A DNA stretch of 64,000 bases from positions 32,001-96,000 of the IMG/VR virus record IMGVR_UViG_2767802067_000002. The stretch is one strand, 5' to 3'. Source of the stretch: a virus. Lineage: Duplodnaviria > Caudoviricetes. Positions 1 to 9,390 of this stretch are shown piece by piece (position 1 is the stretch's first letter; each line of letters starts with the position of its first letter). The translations under genes and the position numbers were made by a program. The notes under the pieces are model-generated. The model was not told the DNA's origin. It made no database searches and saw only the letters and a list, made by a program, of their open reading frames with translations.

Positions 1-1485
1 CGCGGCTACGGAGCCGCCGTCGCCGCCGGCCGCGGCGGCCGGGCACGGGCCGGGGGTCGGCGCCGGGGCCTGGCCCCAGAACGCCGAGTTCGTCAGGATG
101 GCGCCGGTCTCGGCGTTCTGCCACGAGTGGATCGTCCCGGTCTCGCAGATCGGGGACCACAGCTCGTCTTCGCAGACGGTGGTGGTCTCGTCCACGGTGA
201 CGACGCAGGTGTCGTCGTCCGTGGTCGCGGTGGCGCGCTGGTCCGGGCGGTCGATGTAGGCGCGCATGTCGGTGAACAGGCCGCCGCGGGCACCGCCGAC
301 CGGGTTGTTCGTCGACAGCGCCAGGGTGTAGGTGCTGCCGCCGGTCAGCGGGATCGTCTGGCTGAACTGGGTCCAGGGGTTCGGGCCACCGCTGTTGGTG
401 ACGGACGGCGGGTTGCTGACGTCATCGATCAGGTCGCCGTTCTGGGCGTCGTCCGTGTCGCCGTTGTCCAGGGTGATCCGGTGCTGCTCGCCGTTGTCGC
501 GGGCACCGTGGACGACGCGGATGATGAAGTTCGCCGAGGCCGGAGCGGTGAAGGTCTGCCAGATGGTCGAGCGGCCACCGGGCGGCGGCCCGTCCGAAGT
601 GATCTCCTGGACCGGGGTACCGCGAGGCGTCGGGGTCGTGCTCTGGCCATCCGCGACGTCCCGGCCCCAGATCTCGAAGGTGCGCCCGACGTCGTTGGTC
701 TCCCACCCGGAGTTCGCGACGTTGGTGCAGTTCGCCCGGCCGGACGGCGGGAAGCCGGGGAACGGCCCGGGGTCGTCCTGCCGGGCCAGGAGGTGGAAGC
801 CGTAATTGCCCTGCGAAACAGGCGGGTTGAGCGGCGGCGTCTCGTTGTACGCCGGGTTGATGATCATGTCCTGGCCGCCGTTGTAGACCAGTTCGATCAG
901 GTCCGGCGGGGACTGGTCCAGGCGCAGGCACTCGATGTGGATCTGCATCGGCGCGGCGGTACCGCAGATGGTCTGTCCGGCGTTCGGGTTCGTGATGGTG
1001 ACCGTGGCCGATGCCGGGACGCGCCCCTCGATGAAGGCGGTCAGGTCTTGCCGGAACTGCTCTCCGTCCGGGTCGGCCACGTCCCAGACGATGTTCGCGG
1101 CGTTCGTGACCTGGTCGACCTGCAAGCTCTGGACCGCGAACCCCGGGTTGATCGGCAGCGTGATGTCGTACTGCCGGCCGGGGTGGTCGACGGGCCCCGT
1201 CGCCGTAGTCGTGCGGTGGAACGCCACGGGCTCCAGGCAGCCGGTCTCGCCAGGGCACGGCATGAGGGTGCCCTGCGCCACGTACGCGATGCCCGTCGCC
1301 GGGTCCACGAAGGTTGGCGGGCCCATCGGGGCGCCGGCAGCGTCGTACTCCCACACCGCCATCGCGGTACCGGCAATGGTCCCGTCCGGCAGGGTGTCGC
1401 AGAGGATCGTCTGCTCGACGTCGACACCGGCCGCCCCCGTACCCCCTCCCTCGCACGGCTGCGGCTGGAACGGCGGAGTCGTCAC
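1..1485 (-). CDS. Virion structural/decoration protein (partial, runs off window start)
   Basis: Not in the ORF track because it is open at the edge. AGGAGG RBS then GTG at 1485 gives VTTPPFQPQPCEGG...VDVEQTILCDTLPDG..., with no stop seen in the part I translated. Lies downstream of the capsid genes; beta-rich and Cys-containing. Confidence 0.6.
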   Translation of the reverse strand, partial: MTTPPFQPQPCEGGGTGAAGVDVEQTILCDTLPDGTIAGTAMAVWEYDAAGAPMGPPTFVDPATGIAYVAQGTLMPCPGETGCLEPVAFHRTTTATGPVDHPGRQYDITLPINPGFAVQSLQVDQVTNAANIVWDVADPDGEQFRQDLTAFIEGRVPASATVTITNPNAGQTICGTAAPMQIHIECLRLDQSPPDLIELVYNGGQDMIINPAYNETPPLNPPVSQGNYGFHLLARQDDPGPFPGFPPSGRANCTNVANSGWETNDVGRTFEIWGRDVADGQSTTPTPRGTPVQEITSDGPPPGGRSTIWQTFTAPASANFIIRVVHGARDNGEQHRITLDNGDTDDAQNGDLIDDVSNPPSVTNSGGPNPWTQFSQTIPLTGGSTYTLALSTNNPVGGARGGLFTDMRAYIDRPDQRATATTDDDTCVVTVDETTTVCEDELWSPICETGTIHSWQNAETGAILTNSAFWGQAPAPTPGPCPAAAAGGDGGSVAA

Positions 1486-1524
1486 GGCATCCTCCTGGAG
1501 GAGTTGGGCGGGGTCGTCGGCACG

Positions 1525-2019
1525 TCAGCCTCCGTGCACGCGGGTGCGGTGCATCGCCAGGCCGCGGTCGCCGCTGAACGACTTCTGGCAGTCCGCGCAG
1601 ACGAACTCGGCAGCGTCGTCCTGGTCCTCGGTGGCGGGCTGCTCCTCGACCGGGACGTCCTCCAGCGGCGCGAAGTCCGGCCCGTCGAGCGGGACCGCGT
1701 CGGGCTCGTGCGCCTCCGGGGGAAGCTCGGGCAGCGCCTCGCCGGGTCCGGACTCCTGCTCGGCGCCCGGCGCCGTCTCGGGCGGCGCGCTGCCCGGCTC
1801 CGTCTCGGCCGGGGCCGCCGCGTCCTGCCGCGGCACGTACGGCTGCCCGTCGACCAGGGCGCCGAGCAGCAGCTCCTCGGGCACGTCGGCGAACAGTGCG
1901 GCGGGTACGCCGAACGACGACGGGCCGACGGTGCGGAGCTTCGGCCGCTGGGCGACCGCCCAGGCCGCGAACGGCTGCCGGAGCTCGGCGGCGGGCTGGA
2001 TGGACAGGTTGCTGCTCAC
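1525..2019 (-). CDS. Phage head-module protein with C-terminal C2H2 zinc finger
   Basis: Follows the capsid genes; acidic Pro-rich linker; ends FVCADCQKSFSGDRGLAMHRTRVH. Confidence 0.7.
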   Translation of the reverse strand: MSSNLSIQPAAELRQPFAAWAVAQRPKLRTVGPSSFGVPAALFADVPEELLLGALVDGQPYVPRQDAAAPAETEPGSAPPETAPGAEQESGPGEALPELPPEAHEPDAVPLDGPDFAPLEDVPVEEQPATEDQDDAAEFVCADCQKSFSGDRGLAMHRTRVHGG

Positions 2020-2029
2020 AGGTGGCTCC

Positions 2030-2854
2030 TCAGCACAGGGTGACGCGGACCGCCGCGGCGCGGCAGCAGGCGATCTCGACGACGAAGGTCTGCTGGGCCT
2101 GGACCCGGCGGTCGTTGGTGCGCAGGTTGACGCTCTCCGCGTCCTTGAGCGGTACGACCTCGACTTCGTCCCGGCGGACCCGGACCGGGCTGGTGGCGTA
2201 CAGCCACGCCTCGCCCGGGTCCGCGGTGGTGCAGTCGGGCGGGCCGACGTTGACGCTGTAGCCGGCGCCGAGGACGACGCAGGACCCGGCGAGGGTGCGG
2301 GGCCCGCCGGTGTCGACGCCGATGATGACGGAGCGCTCGGACAGCAGCGCGCCGGCGCCGACCGGGATGTGCAGCACGCCGGCGCCGCCGTACTCGGTGC
2401 CGAGCCAGGTCTCCAGGATCCCGATGCCCTGAGCGACCGTCACCGCCCCGGCCGCCGGGGTCTGGTCCTCGGCCATCGGGCACAGCACGTCGCGCAGGAA
2501 CCACTCCTCCAGGGCGCGCTGGGCGCCCATCCGAAGCGACTCCTTCACGTGCGCGACGGCTTCCTCGTACGGGTAGCCGATCGTCGTGCACTCAGTGCCG
2601 GACACGATCGTCACCGGCGCGGCCGAGCAGGTCCCCGGCTTGTCGTAGACGACGTCGCCGGGCTCGGGCTCCCCTTCGGGCGGGCACCAGGTGGTGTCGT
2701 GCGCGTCGGCGCAGCTGAGGGGCCGCCAGTCGGTGCCCAGCATCTCGTGCGGGTCGGCGGAGTCGATGATCTCGGTGCAGCCACCGAGGAGGCCGTAGGG
2801 CAGCGGCTCCCCGGGGGCGGCGGTCACGTACTTGCGTAGCCCGGCGTCGGGCAT
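2030..2854 (-). CDS. Minor capsid/head-associated protein
   Basis: Immediately downstream of the major capsid gene; GGAGG RBS; Cys-rich 274 aa typical of actinophage/phage-plasmid head modules. Confidence 0.6.
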   Translation of the reverse strand: MPDAGLRKYVTAAPGEPLPYGLLGGCTEIIDSADPHEMLGTDWRPLSCADAHDTTWCPPEGEPEPGDVVYDKPGTCSAAPVTIVSGTECTTIGYPYEEAVAHVKESLRMGAQRALEEWFLRDVLCPMAEDQTPAAGAVTVAQGIGILETWLGTEYGGAGVLHIPVGAGALLSERSVIIGVDTGGPRTLAGSCVVLGAGYSVNVGPPDCTTADPGEAWLYATSPVRVRRDEVEVVPLKDAESVNLRTNDRRVQAQQTFVVEIACCRAAAVRVTLC

Positions 2855-2938
2855 TGCGGGCCTCCATCGTCGTCAGGACGGTGCGCCCGGTCCCGGCACG
2901 GAGCAGAGCCGGGCCCGGGCGCACCGCGTGCGGGGCCG

Positions 2939-4576
2939 TCAGGCGACGGGGCAGGACAGGGTCTTCTGCGCACCGGTCGAGCCGTCGGCGCAGACCGGCA
3001 CGGTGACGAGGCGGGTGTCGACCGACCTGTCCACGAGAGCGACGCACTCCTCGCTGAAGGTCGCCGTGTAGTCGTTCTTGCTGAACTTCACGGAGTCGTG
3101 GACCACGCCGAGGTTGATCTCCGCGCCACGTCCAGCCTGGAGAGAACCAGCGGGGTAGATCAGGAAGCTGACCTCGTCGGGCCACGCGGTGGCCGGCGTC
3201 GCGCCGCCGATCTCACCCGGCTGCGCCGGGGTCAGACCGCGCGCCCACTGGATCCGGGTGCCGAGCGGCGTGTACAGGTCCTGGACCATGCCGATGTCGA
3301 CCTGGTCCAGCCCGACGCCGTTCCGGCGCGCCAGGTCGGCCAACATCATGTTCCTGCTCCACCACGGGAACACGACCTCGAGCGCGGTTCCTTCGCAGAG
3401 CGAGTGACGCTCGATCATGTCCGCCGCGGTGAGGGCGACGGCGCCGTGCAGCGCCGAGACGGTGCCCATCGTCGCGGTCAGTGCGACCGAGGTCGCGGTG
3501 GCCACGGCCTGCTCGAACAGCTCCTGCTTGATGCGGATCTCGTGCGCGACCATCTGGTTGCGCAGGTACCAGGCGACGAGCTCCGGGAAGTGCCGCTGCG
3601 TCAGGATGCCCGCTTCCAGGCAGATCCCGACCGCCTCGCAGCGGACTTCCAGCGGCTGCGGGCACGGGATCTTGAAGCACGGCTTCGTGGCGCCCGCGAT
3701 GTCGTCGGCCTCGGTGTGCACCCAGGTCATCGCGGCGACGTCCAGCGTCGGCGGCTTGTAGTAGCGGATACCGCCCCTGGCGAGCTGCGTCTCCGGCAGG
3801 TCCCACAGCATGTCGGGGCAGGCCACGTCGGCGATGTCGTAGACCATCTCCGACACCGCGCACCAGCCGCCGGACGCGACCAAGTCCCCCTTCGGCAGGC
3901 GCCGCTGGTTGGAGGCGGTGAGGGTCACCGAGGTGCCCTCCGGGATGGAGCCGGCGTCGGTGACGATCAGCTCGTCCGGGTACGGGTGCGAGTAGCTGGC
4001 GACCTGGCTGCTGCCGCCGTTGATGGTCTTGAGGGCGTTCGCGCGGGCGATGACACCTGCGGTCAGGTCGTCGAAGTTGATGGTGCTGCCCGGCTTGTGG
4101 CCGGGGACGTCGACCGACGCGGTGATGCGGGTCGCCGGCTTGTTCTCCTCGGGGAGGACGCGGCGCTGGCCCGCGCGGACCGCACTGAGGTTCAGACGGG
4201 GCCTCGCCGGCGGGGTCGCGGCCGCGGTCGCCGCCGCTTCCGGCTCCGGCTCGGGCTCGTCGGACGCGGTCGCCTCGGTTTCCGTCTCGGCCTCCGGCTC
4301 GACCTGGGCGGCGGGCTCCTCAGCCTGGCCGCGCACCTGGGCGGCGAGAGCATCGATCTCGGCGGCGGCCTGCTGCGCCGCGTCCAGCCGGGACGCCTGC
4401 TCGGCGCGGATGTCGTTGACGGCCGCCGCGATGGCGCGCATCTCGGCCAGGTCGTCCTGGCTGATGCTGGTGCTGTTGGAGCGGGAGTCGAACGCGGCGA
4501 CCGCCGCGTCCAGGAGTGCGCCGAGCTCGTCGTCGGTCAGCGCGCTGTAGCTCTCGGGGAGCTCGAACGGGTCCAT
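2939..4576 (-). CDS. Major capsid protein with N-terminal scaffold-like coiled coil
   Basis: Start MDPFELP after GGAG; coiled-coil N-terminus; LVASGGWCAVSE and RGGIRY motifs typical of actinophage major capsid proteins; synteny. Confidence 0.8.
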   Translation of the reverse strand: MDPFELPESYSALTDDELGALLDAAVAAFDSRSNSTSISQDDLAEMRAIAAAVNDIRAEQASRLDAAQQAAAEIDALAAQVRGQAEEPAAQVEPEAETETEATASDEPEPEPEAAATAAATPPARPRLNLSAVRAGQRRVLPEENKPATRITASVDVPGHKPGSTINFDDLTAGVIARANALKTINGGSSQVASYSHPYPDELIVTDAGSIPEGTSVTLTASNQRRLPKGDLVASGGWCAVSEMVYDIADVACPDMLWDLPETQLARGGIRYYKPPTLDVAAMTWVHTEADDIAGATKPCFKIPCPQPLEVRCEAVGICLEAGILTQRHFPELVAWYLRNQMVAHEIRIKQELFEQAVATATSVALTATMGTVSALHGAVALTAADMIERHSLCEGTALEVVFPWWSRNMMLADLARRNGVGLDQVDIGMVQDLYTPLGTRIQWARGLTPAQPGEIGGATPATAWPDEVSFLIYPAGSLQAGRGAEINLGVVHDSVKFSKNDYTATFSEECVALVDRSVDTRLVTVPVCADGSTGAQKTLSCPVA

Positions 4577-4705
4577 CGGCCGTGTCTCCAGATCAGTCGG
4601 AGAGATGGCCCGGCCCAAAACCAGCAGCGCTCCCGGAAATAGTAGCCGCCCCCGGGTTCCGGGGGCGGCTCCTGTCAAGCAGGTGCGCGGCGCGGGCCGC
4701 GACGG

Positions 4706-4888
4706 TCAGGCCGTCTTCGGGGCGATCTCCGTGCTGCCCTTCGGCCGGGCGATGCTCCCCGGGTAGCGGAGCGCGACCGCCTTCGCCGTCGCCTGGGTGC
4801 CGCCCGGGAAGAGGACCTTGCCGTTGCCGCCGTCGGCGACGACCTCCCACTGGTTGCTGCTGCCGCCCTTGTTGCATCCGCAGGCCAT
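4706..4888 (-). CDS. Small head-module protein (MACGCNKGG)
   Basis: Small CxC protein between protease and capsid, a common arrangement in actinophages. Confidence 0.6.
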   Translation of the reverse strand: MACGCNKGGSSNQWEVVADGGNGKVLFPGGTQATAKAVALRYPGSIARPKGSTEIAPKTA

Positions 4889-4890
4889 GG

Positions 4891-7800
4891 TCAAACTCCG
4901 TTCTCGGTGGTGCCGGACATGCCGGCGGTGGTCTTCTGGCGAATCGGGGCGAGCGCGGCGGCCAGCTCGGCGACCTCGGCGCGGGCCGCCTGGCGCTGCT
5001 CCATGGCCTCGGCGAGACGGTCGACGAATCCGGGGTCGGACATGGCCGCGGCGACGACTTCGGCGACGTCCTCGACGGACACGGACACGTACGTGTCCGC
5101 CCCGTGTCCGGACACGGTGTCCGGACGGTGTCCGCCCAGGTCAGGGTGGATGTCCTCGGCGATGGCGGACACGTCCGCCGGGATGTCCGGGACGTGTCCG
5201 GACACGGTGTCCGCCGTGTCCGCGAGGACGGCGGAGGCCGCGAGGGCGAGGTTCGAGCGCTCGGCGACGGCGGACGCCAGCAGCGGCGAGGAGTGCCCGG
5301 GCACCGGCACGGACAGCACCGCGCGCAGCTCCCACTGGCCGCCCCGCCGCTTCTGCCGCAGGTGGTAGCTGGGCTGGCACGCGGCGAACACCAGACGGTC
5401 CCAGTCGGACAGCCACGGCCCGGCCGCGCCGCTGAACCACATGCCCCGCTCGTTCATGCCGACGGTCACGATCCCCGCCACGGTCCGGGTGTCGTCGAAC
5501 TGGCAGCTCGCGGTCTCGCACTCGGCGCCGTCGCGGTGGTGGCCGACGTTCATGGTTAGCGCACCGGCCTTCACGCTGCCGCCGTCGTCCAGCGGGAACT
5601 TCTTCCGCAGGAAGTGGCTCAGGTCGATCTCGCCGAGCGATTCGATCGTCACCTTCTTCCCCGGGATGCCCGCGTGCGGCTCTCCGGCCTGCGCGACCCA
5701 GCCGTAGATCCGGCCGTTCGCGTAGTGGACGCCGCCGGACCCGGGCGGCAGCTCCTCCACGGTCGGCTCGACGAACCAGGCAGCGGGCATCGGCGGGAGC
5801 CCCTGCAACGCGGTCCACGCCGACGCCACCAGGTCCTCGTCGGAGATGTCGGCGGACGCGGTGACGGGGCCCTCCGGGTGGCTGGACGGGCCGACGTAGA
5901 CGCCGCGCGCCAGGCGCACCAGCCGGCCGGACTCGACGGCCTGGGCGAGGTGGTTGCGGACGGTGGACACCAGCAGGCCCAGGGCCTTCGCGACGTCGCT
6001 CGCGCCGACCGGCACCGGCGAGGAGCACACGAACACCACGACCTGGTCGTGGACGCCGCTGTCGTCCGCCGCCGCGGTGGCCGAAGCGGTCTCCTCCTCG
6101 ACCCACGGCGGCGCGTCCGGGGCGCCGTCGACCTCCTCGGCGATCCGCGCGTACAGCTTCTCCACGTTGGCCTTGACGGCGTCGCTGTCCTTCTCCGGCA
6201 GGTCGACGCCGCCCATGCCGCCCTGGAGCACCGACGCGACCGCGTAGACCCCGGCCGGGACGATGTGGAGCTCACCGTCGAAGACGTCCGCGAACGGCAG
6301 CTTGTACGCGCTGGCGGTCGCCGGGTCCGCCTCGTCGTCGCGCCACAGGAACCCGGCGGCGAGCTTCTTCGGGTCCACCGCGCCGTCGTCGCCGGTCGCG
6401 TAGGCCAGGATCCGCTTCTGCGCACCCGGGCCGTCCCAGCGGGCCTCGGGGTCGTCGTGGACCGGCAGGGCCAGGTCGCCGACGGCGGACGCCGCCAGCT
6501 CTCCGACCGGGTCCAGGACGATCCGGGCCCGGTTGTAGGCGGGCATCGCGACGAGGGTCGCACCGCGCAGCCGCGCCCGGGTCACCCGGATCAGGAAGTC
6601 CCCGGACTTCTCGGAGTGGATGACCAGGCCCTCGTCGGTGTCGGGGTCGCCGGCCGCCGCGGTGCGGGCCCGCTCCTCCTGGAGCGGAATCTGCATCAGC
6701 TCGACGTCCGAGGCGGTGATCGGCTCCCCGGTCGGGCGGGTGAGGACGCCGGTCCCGCCGAACGCCGCGCGCAGCGCGTCGCCGCTGATCCTCCCGTCCG
6801 GGCCGGTGATGAGCTGCACCTGGTGCTGCGTCCGGGACATGGTGACGCCGGAGGCGGTCCAGTCGCCGGCCGCGGTGGCGGTGATCGCCCACGAGCCGTC
6901 GTCGAGCCGCAGGAAGCTCGCGTGGGCGAGGCGCGCGGAGGCGGCCAGGCCGTACCAGCCGTCGTCCTCCTCCGCGACCTGGTCGGCCGGGTTGTAGGTG
7001 CGGTCGACGAACTCGACCTCGGCGTCGTCCAGGTCGACGCTGACGCCGAGCGGGGCGCCCTCGTCGAGGAGCAGCACCGCGTCGGCGGCGGCCGGGCGAG
7101 CCGGGTAGAGGACCCCGCTGCCGCCGATCCGGTCGCCGGTGCGGTTCAGCTCCTGGATGGAGCCGATCAGCTCGGCGCCCTCGTGGCCGCCGAGCATCTG
7201 CTCCGCGTACTGGAGCGGCCACGGGCCGTCGGACCAGTAGAGCGAGCCCTTCGCGAAGACCCTGCCATCGCCCGTCTGTTCGTTCTCGAACGCCAACGCG
7301 GTGTCGTCCGGGGTGGACCAGCCGCGGGTCTCGATTCCGGCGGCCGTGGCGTCTGCGGGTTCCATCGGTGTTTCCTCCTCGGTGGTGCCGAGCGGGATGT
7401 CGGCGTACTCGCCCGCGAAGGCGACGCGGAGCCGGTCGAAGGTGACCGGGCCGAGCCGGTCGGTCATCTCCTGGAGCGGCCAGCCCTCGGGGCTGTAGAT
7501 CCCGCACACGTGCGGCGCCCAGGGCGAGTGCTGGACGGGCAGCTCCGGATGGTCGTGGGTGCCTTCCAACGCCATCAGGGCGGCGTCGTGGGCGTCCTCC
7601 AGCACGGGGGCGCCGGCCGGGCGGTCGCGGTCGTCGCCGACGGCCCACACCCACGACGGGGAGGCCGACCCCGGGTTCCAGTGGTTCACGCCGAAGGCGC
7701 GGCCGGCGATCGTGCCGCCGACCGTCTTGGCGAAGGCGCGGACCTCGGCGATCAGCTCGTTGCGCTGCTCCGGGGTCCAGTCGGCGCCTTCGCCGAGGAA

Positions 7801-8775
7801 CGCGAGGGTCAGGTGCAGCTCGCCGACGTCCTCGCCGCCGGGGAACGCCAGGCGTTCGGCGTCGGCCGCGGTGGGCATCAGGGCGATCATCGCGCCGCTC
7901 AGGTGGCTGCCGTCGGCGGCAGCGGTCACGTCCGGGTCCACATCGGTTTCCCTTCGATCTGAAAACGCCGCCCGAGGGGGCTCCTGAACTTCGAAGGCGG
8001 CCGTGCGGGGCTGCGGTGCCAAAGCAATCCGGCACCGGCAGTTGATCGTGAGGTCGGGCGGGGCGGTCGGGTCGCCGGGGACGGCCATGCTGACGCCGCC
8101 GACGGTGAACGGCTCGCCGAGCAGCTGGATCTGACCGTCCGTCTCCTGGTGGGCGTCGCGCACGCGCTCGTCGTGGCGGGTGATCCACTGCTTGACGAGG
8201 GGCCGGTCCGGGCCGGTCAGGTCCCGGCCGGCTGCCTCCGTCGCGGTGTTCCAGGCCCGGGTGGCCTCGGTGCGGGCGATCCGCTCTTCGCGGGCGTCGC
8301 CGAGCTGCGCCCCCTCGCGGGCGAAGGTCTCCCGCAGGCGGGCGCGCAGCTGGTCGACGTCCTCACCGGCGGCGACGCCTTCGGCCAGGTCCCGGGCGGC
8401 AGCGGCGGCCAGGCGGTCGCCGACCGAGTTCAGCAGCCGCTCGGTGACGGTGACGTAGTCGCCCAGCGAGCGGGGCAGGGCCCGGCCGTCGTCGTACCGG
8501 CCGGGCAGGTCGTCCCAGCCAGCGGGTAGCTCGGCGTCGACCGAGTCGGCGGCGTCGTTCGCGGCGGTCTCCGCGGTGCCGAGGAGGCGCCGCATGATGC
8601 CGCCGACCCTGCTGCGCCACATCCGGGCGATCCGCGAGACCGAGAAGCGGGCGGCGACGATCTCCGTCGCGTTCCGCAGCTCGGCGGCGAACTCGTCGGC
8701 GACCTCGGCGAGCGCCTGGGCGACGGCGTCGGCGATCTGCTGCTCGGCCTGGTCCAGTTCGCGGTCACTGGCCAC
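4891..8775 (-). CDS. MuF-like minor head protein fused to 2H phosphoesterase and capsid-maturation protease-like domains
   Basis: RIARTEA...KQWITRHDERVRDAH...INCRC (MuF); LHLTL and PHVC (2H motifs); FENEQTGDGRVF, GVSVDLD and RLRGATLVAMPAY (prohead protease-like); internal wHTH. Confidence 0.75.
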   Translation of the reverse strand: MASDRELDQAEQQIADAVAQALAEVADEFAAELRNATEIVAARFSVSRIARMWRSRVGGIMRRLLGTAETAANDAADSVDAELPAGWDDLPGRYDDGRALPRSLGDYVTVTERLLNSVGDRLAAAAARDLAEGVAAGEDVDQLRARLRETFAREGAQLGDAREERIARTEATRAWNTATEAAGRDLTGPDRPLVKQWITRHDERVRDAHQETDGQIQLLGEPFTVGGVSMAVPGDPTAPPDLTINCRCRIALAPQPRTAAFEVQEPPRAAFSDRRETDVDPDVTAAADGSHLSGAMIALMPTAADAERLAFPGGEDVGELHLTLAFLGEGADWTPEQRNELIAEVRAFAKTVGGTIAGRAFGVNHWNPGSASPSWVWAVGDDRDRPAGAPVLEDAHDAALMALEGTHDHPELPVQHSPWAPHVCGIYSPEGWPLQEMTDRLGPVTFDRLRVAFAGEYADIPLGTTEEETPMEPADATAAGIETRGWSTPDDTALAFENEQTGDGRVFAKGSLYWSDGPWPLQYAEQMLGGHEGAELIGSIQELNRTGDRIGGSGVLYPARPAAADAVLLLDEGAPLGVSVDLDDAEVEFVDRTYNPADQVAEEDDGWYGLAASARLAHASFLRLDDGSWAITATAAGDWTASGVTMSRTQHQVQLITGPDGRISGDALRAAFGGTGVLTRPTGEPITASDVELMQIPLQEERARTAAAGDPDTDEGLVIHSEKSGDFLIRVTRARLRGATLVAMPAYNRARIVLDPVGELAASAVGDLALPVHDDPEARWDGPGAQKRILAYATGDDGAVDPKKLAAGFLWRDDEADPATASAYKLPFADVFDGELHIVPAGVYAVASVLQGGMGGVDLPEKDSDAVKANVEKLYARIAEEVDGAPDAPPWVEEETASATAAADDSGVHDQVVVFVCSSPVPVGASDVAKALGLLVSTVRNHLAQAVESGRLVRLARGVYVGPSSHPEGPVTASADISDEDLVASAWTALQGLPPMPAAWFVEPTVEELPPGSGGVHYANGRIYGWVAQAGEPHAGIPGKKVTIESLGEIDLSHFLRKKFPLDDGGSVKAGALTMNVGHHRDGAECETASCQFDDTRTVAGIVTVGMNERGMWFSGAAGPWLSDWDRLVFAACQPSYHLRQKRRGGQWELRAVLSVPVPGHSSPLLASAVAERSNLALAASAVLADTADTVSGHVPDIPADVSAIAEDIHPDLGGHRPDTVSGHGADTYVSVSVEDVAEVVAAAMSDPGFVDRLAEAMEQRQAARAEVAELAAALAPIRQKTTAGMSGTTENGV

Positions 8776-8980
8776 GGGGGACCTCCATCGTGGGGTGCGG
8801 GGTCGCGCCGCAGTTCAGGCACACCGCGAACCCTCCGGCGGGCTTCTTCTCGTCTCCCAGGCTGACGTCGACGGTGACGAGGTCCAGCGAGTCCGTCTCG
8901 CACGCCGCGCACAGCTGGCCGGTGTGGTGCCGCCACTCCAAGCCGACTTCGAGGGCCGGCTCCTCGGGCTCACTCGCCAA
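8765..8980 (-). CDS. Small zinc-ribbon protein
   Basis: CAAC...CLNC; overlaps its neighbours. Confidence 0.55.
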   Translation of the reverse strand: MASEPEEPALEVGLEWRHHTGQLCAACETDSLDLVTVDVSLGDEKKPAGGFAVCLNCGATPHPTMEVPRGQ

Positions 8981-9185
8981 CGGGGGCCTCCAGGACAGCT
9001 TCGGGGCAGGGCTCCGGGATCGGGCCGATGTACATCGCAGACGGGACGAGGGTCTGCGTGCCGAGGCCGGTGTGGATGGTCAGCGAGTGGAGGCCGGGGA
9101 CCCGCTGGAGGACGGTGGCTTCCAGGCCGCCGCAGTGCGGGCACAGCCCAACGCGGTGCAGCTGCTCGGGCGGGCGGTCAGGCAC
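8970..9185 (-). CDS. Small hypothetical protein (CPHC)
   Basis: Overlapping start/stop with both neighbours. Confidence 0.45.
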   Translation of the reverse strand: MPDRPPEQLHRVGLCPHCGGLEATVLQRVPGLHSLTIHTGLGTQTLVPSAMYIGPIPEPCPEAVLEAPVGE

Positions 9186-9390
9186 GGTCGGTCCTCCTCG
9201 GGCGGGGCGGGTGGTCTAGGTCGTCGCAGACCTCGCACCACTGGACGACGTCGAGGACCGACACCCCGTCGGGCGCGAGGAGCAGCAGCTCGGCGGCCAG
9301 CAGGGTGAAGGCCCGGCAGCCGGAACACCACAGCTCCCACGGCGTTCCGGTGGTGACCACGGCGGCCATGGCCTGGCGGCGGGCGCTCAC
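9178..9390 (-). CDS. Small zinc-ribbon protein
   Basis: GTG overlaps the portal stop (GTGA); CSGC...CEVC. Confidence 0.5.
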   Translation of the reverse strand: MSARRQAMAAVVTTGTPWELWCSGCRAFTLLAAELLLLAPDGVSVLDVVQWCEVCDDLDHPPRPRRTDRA

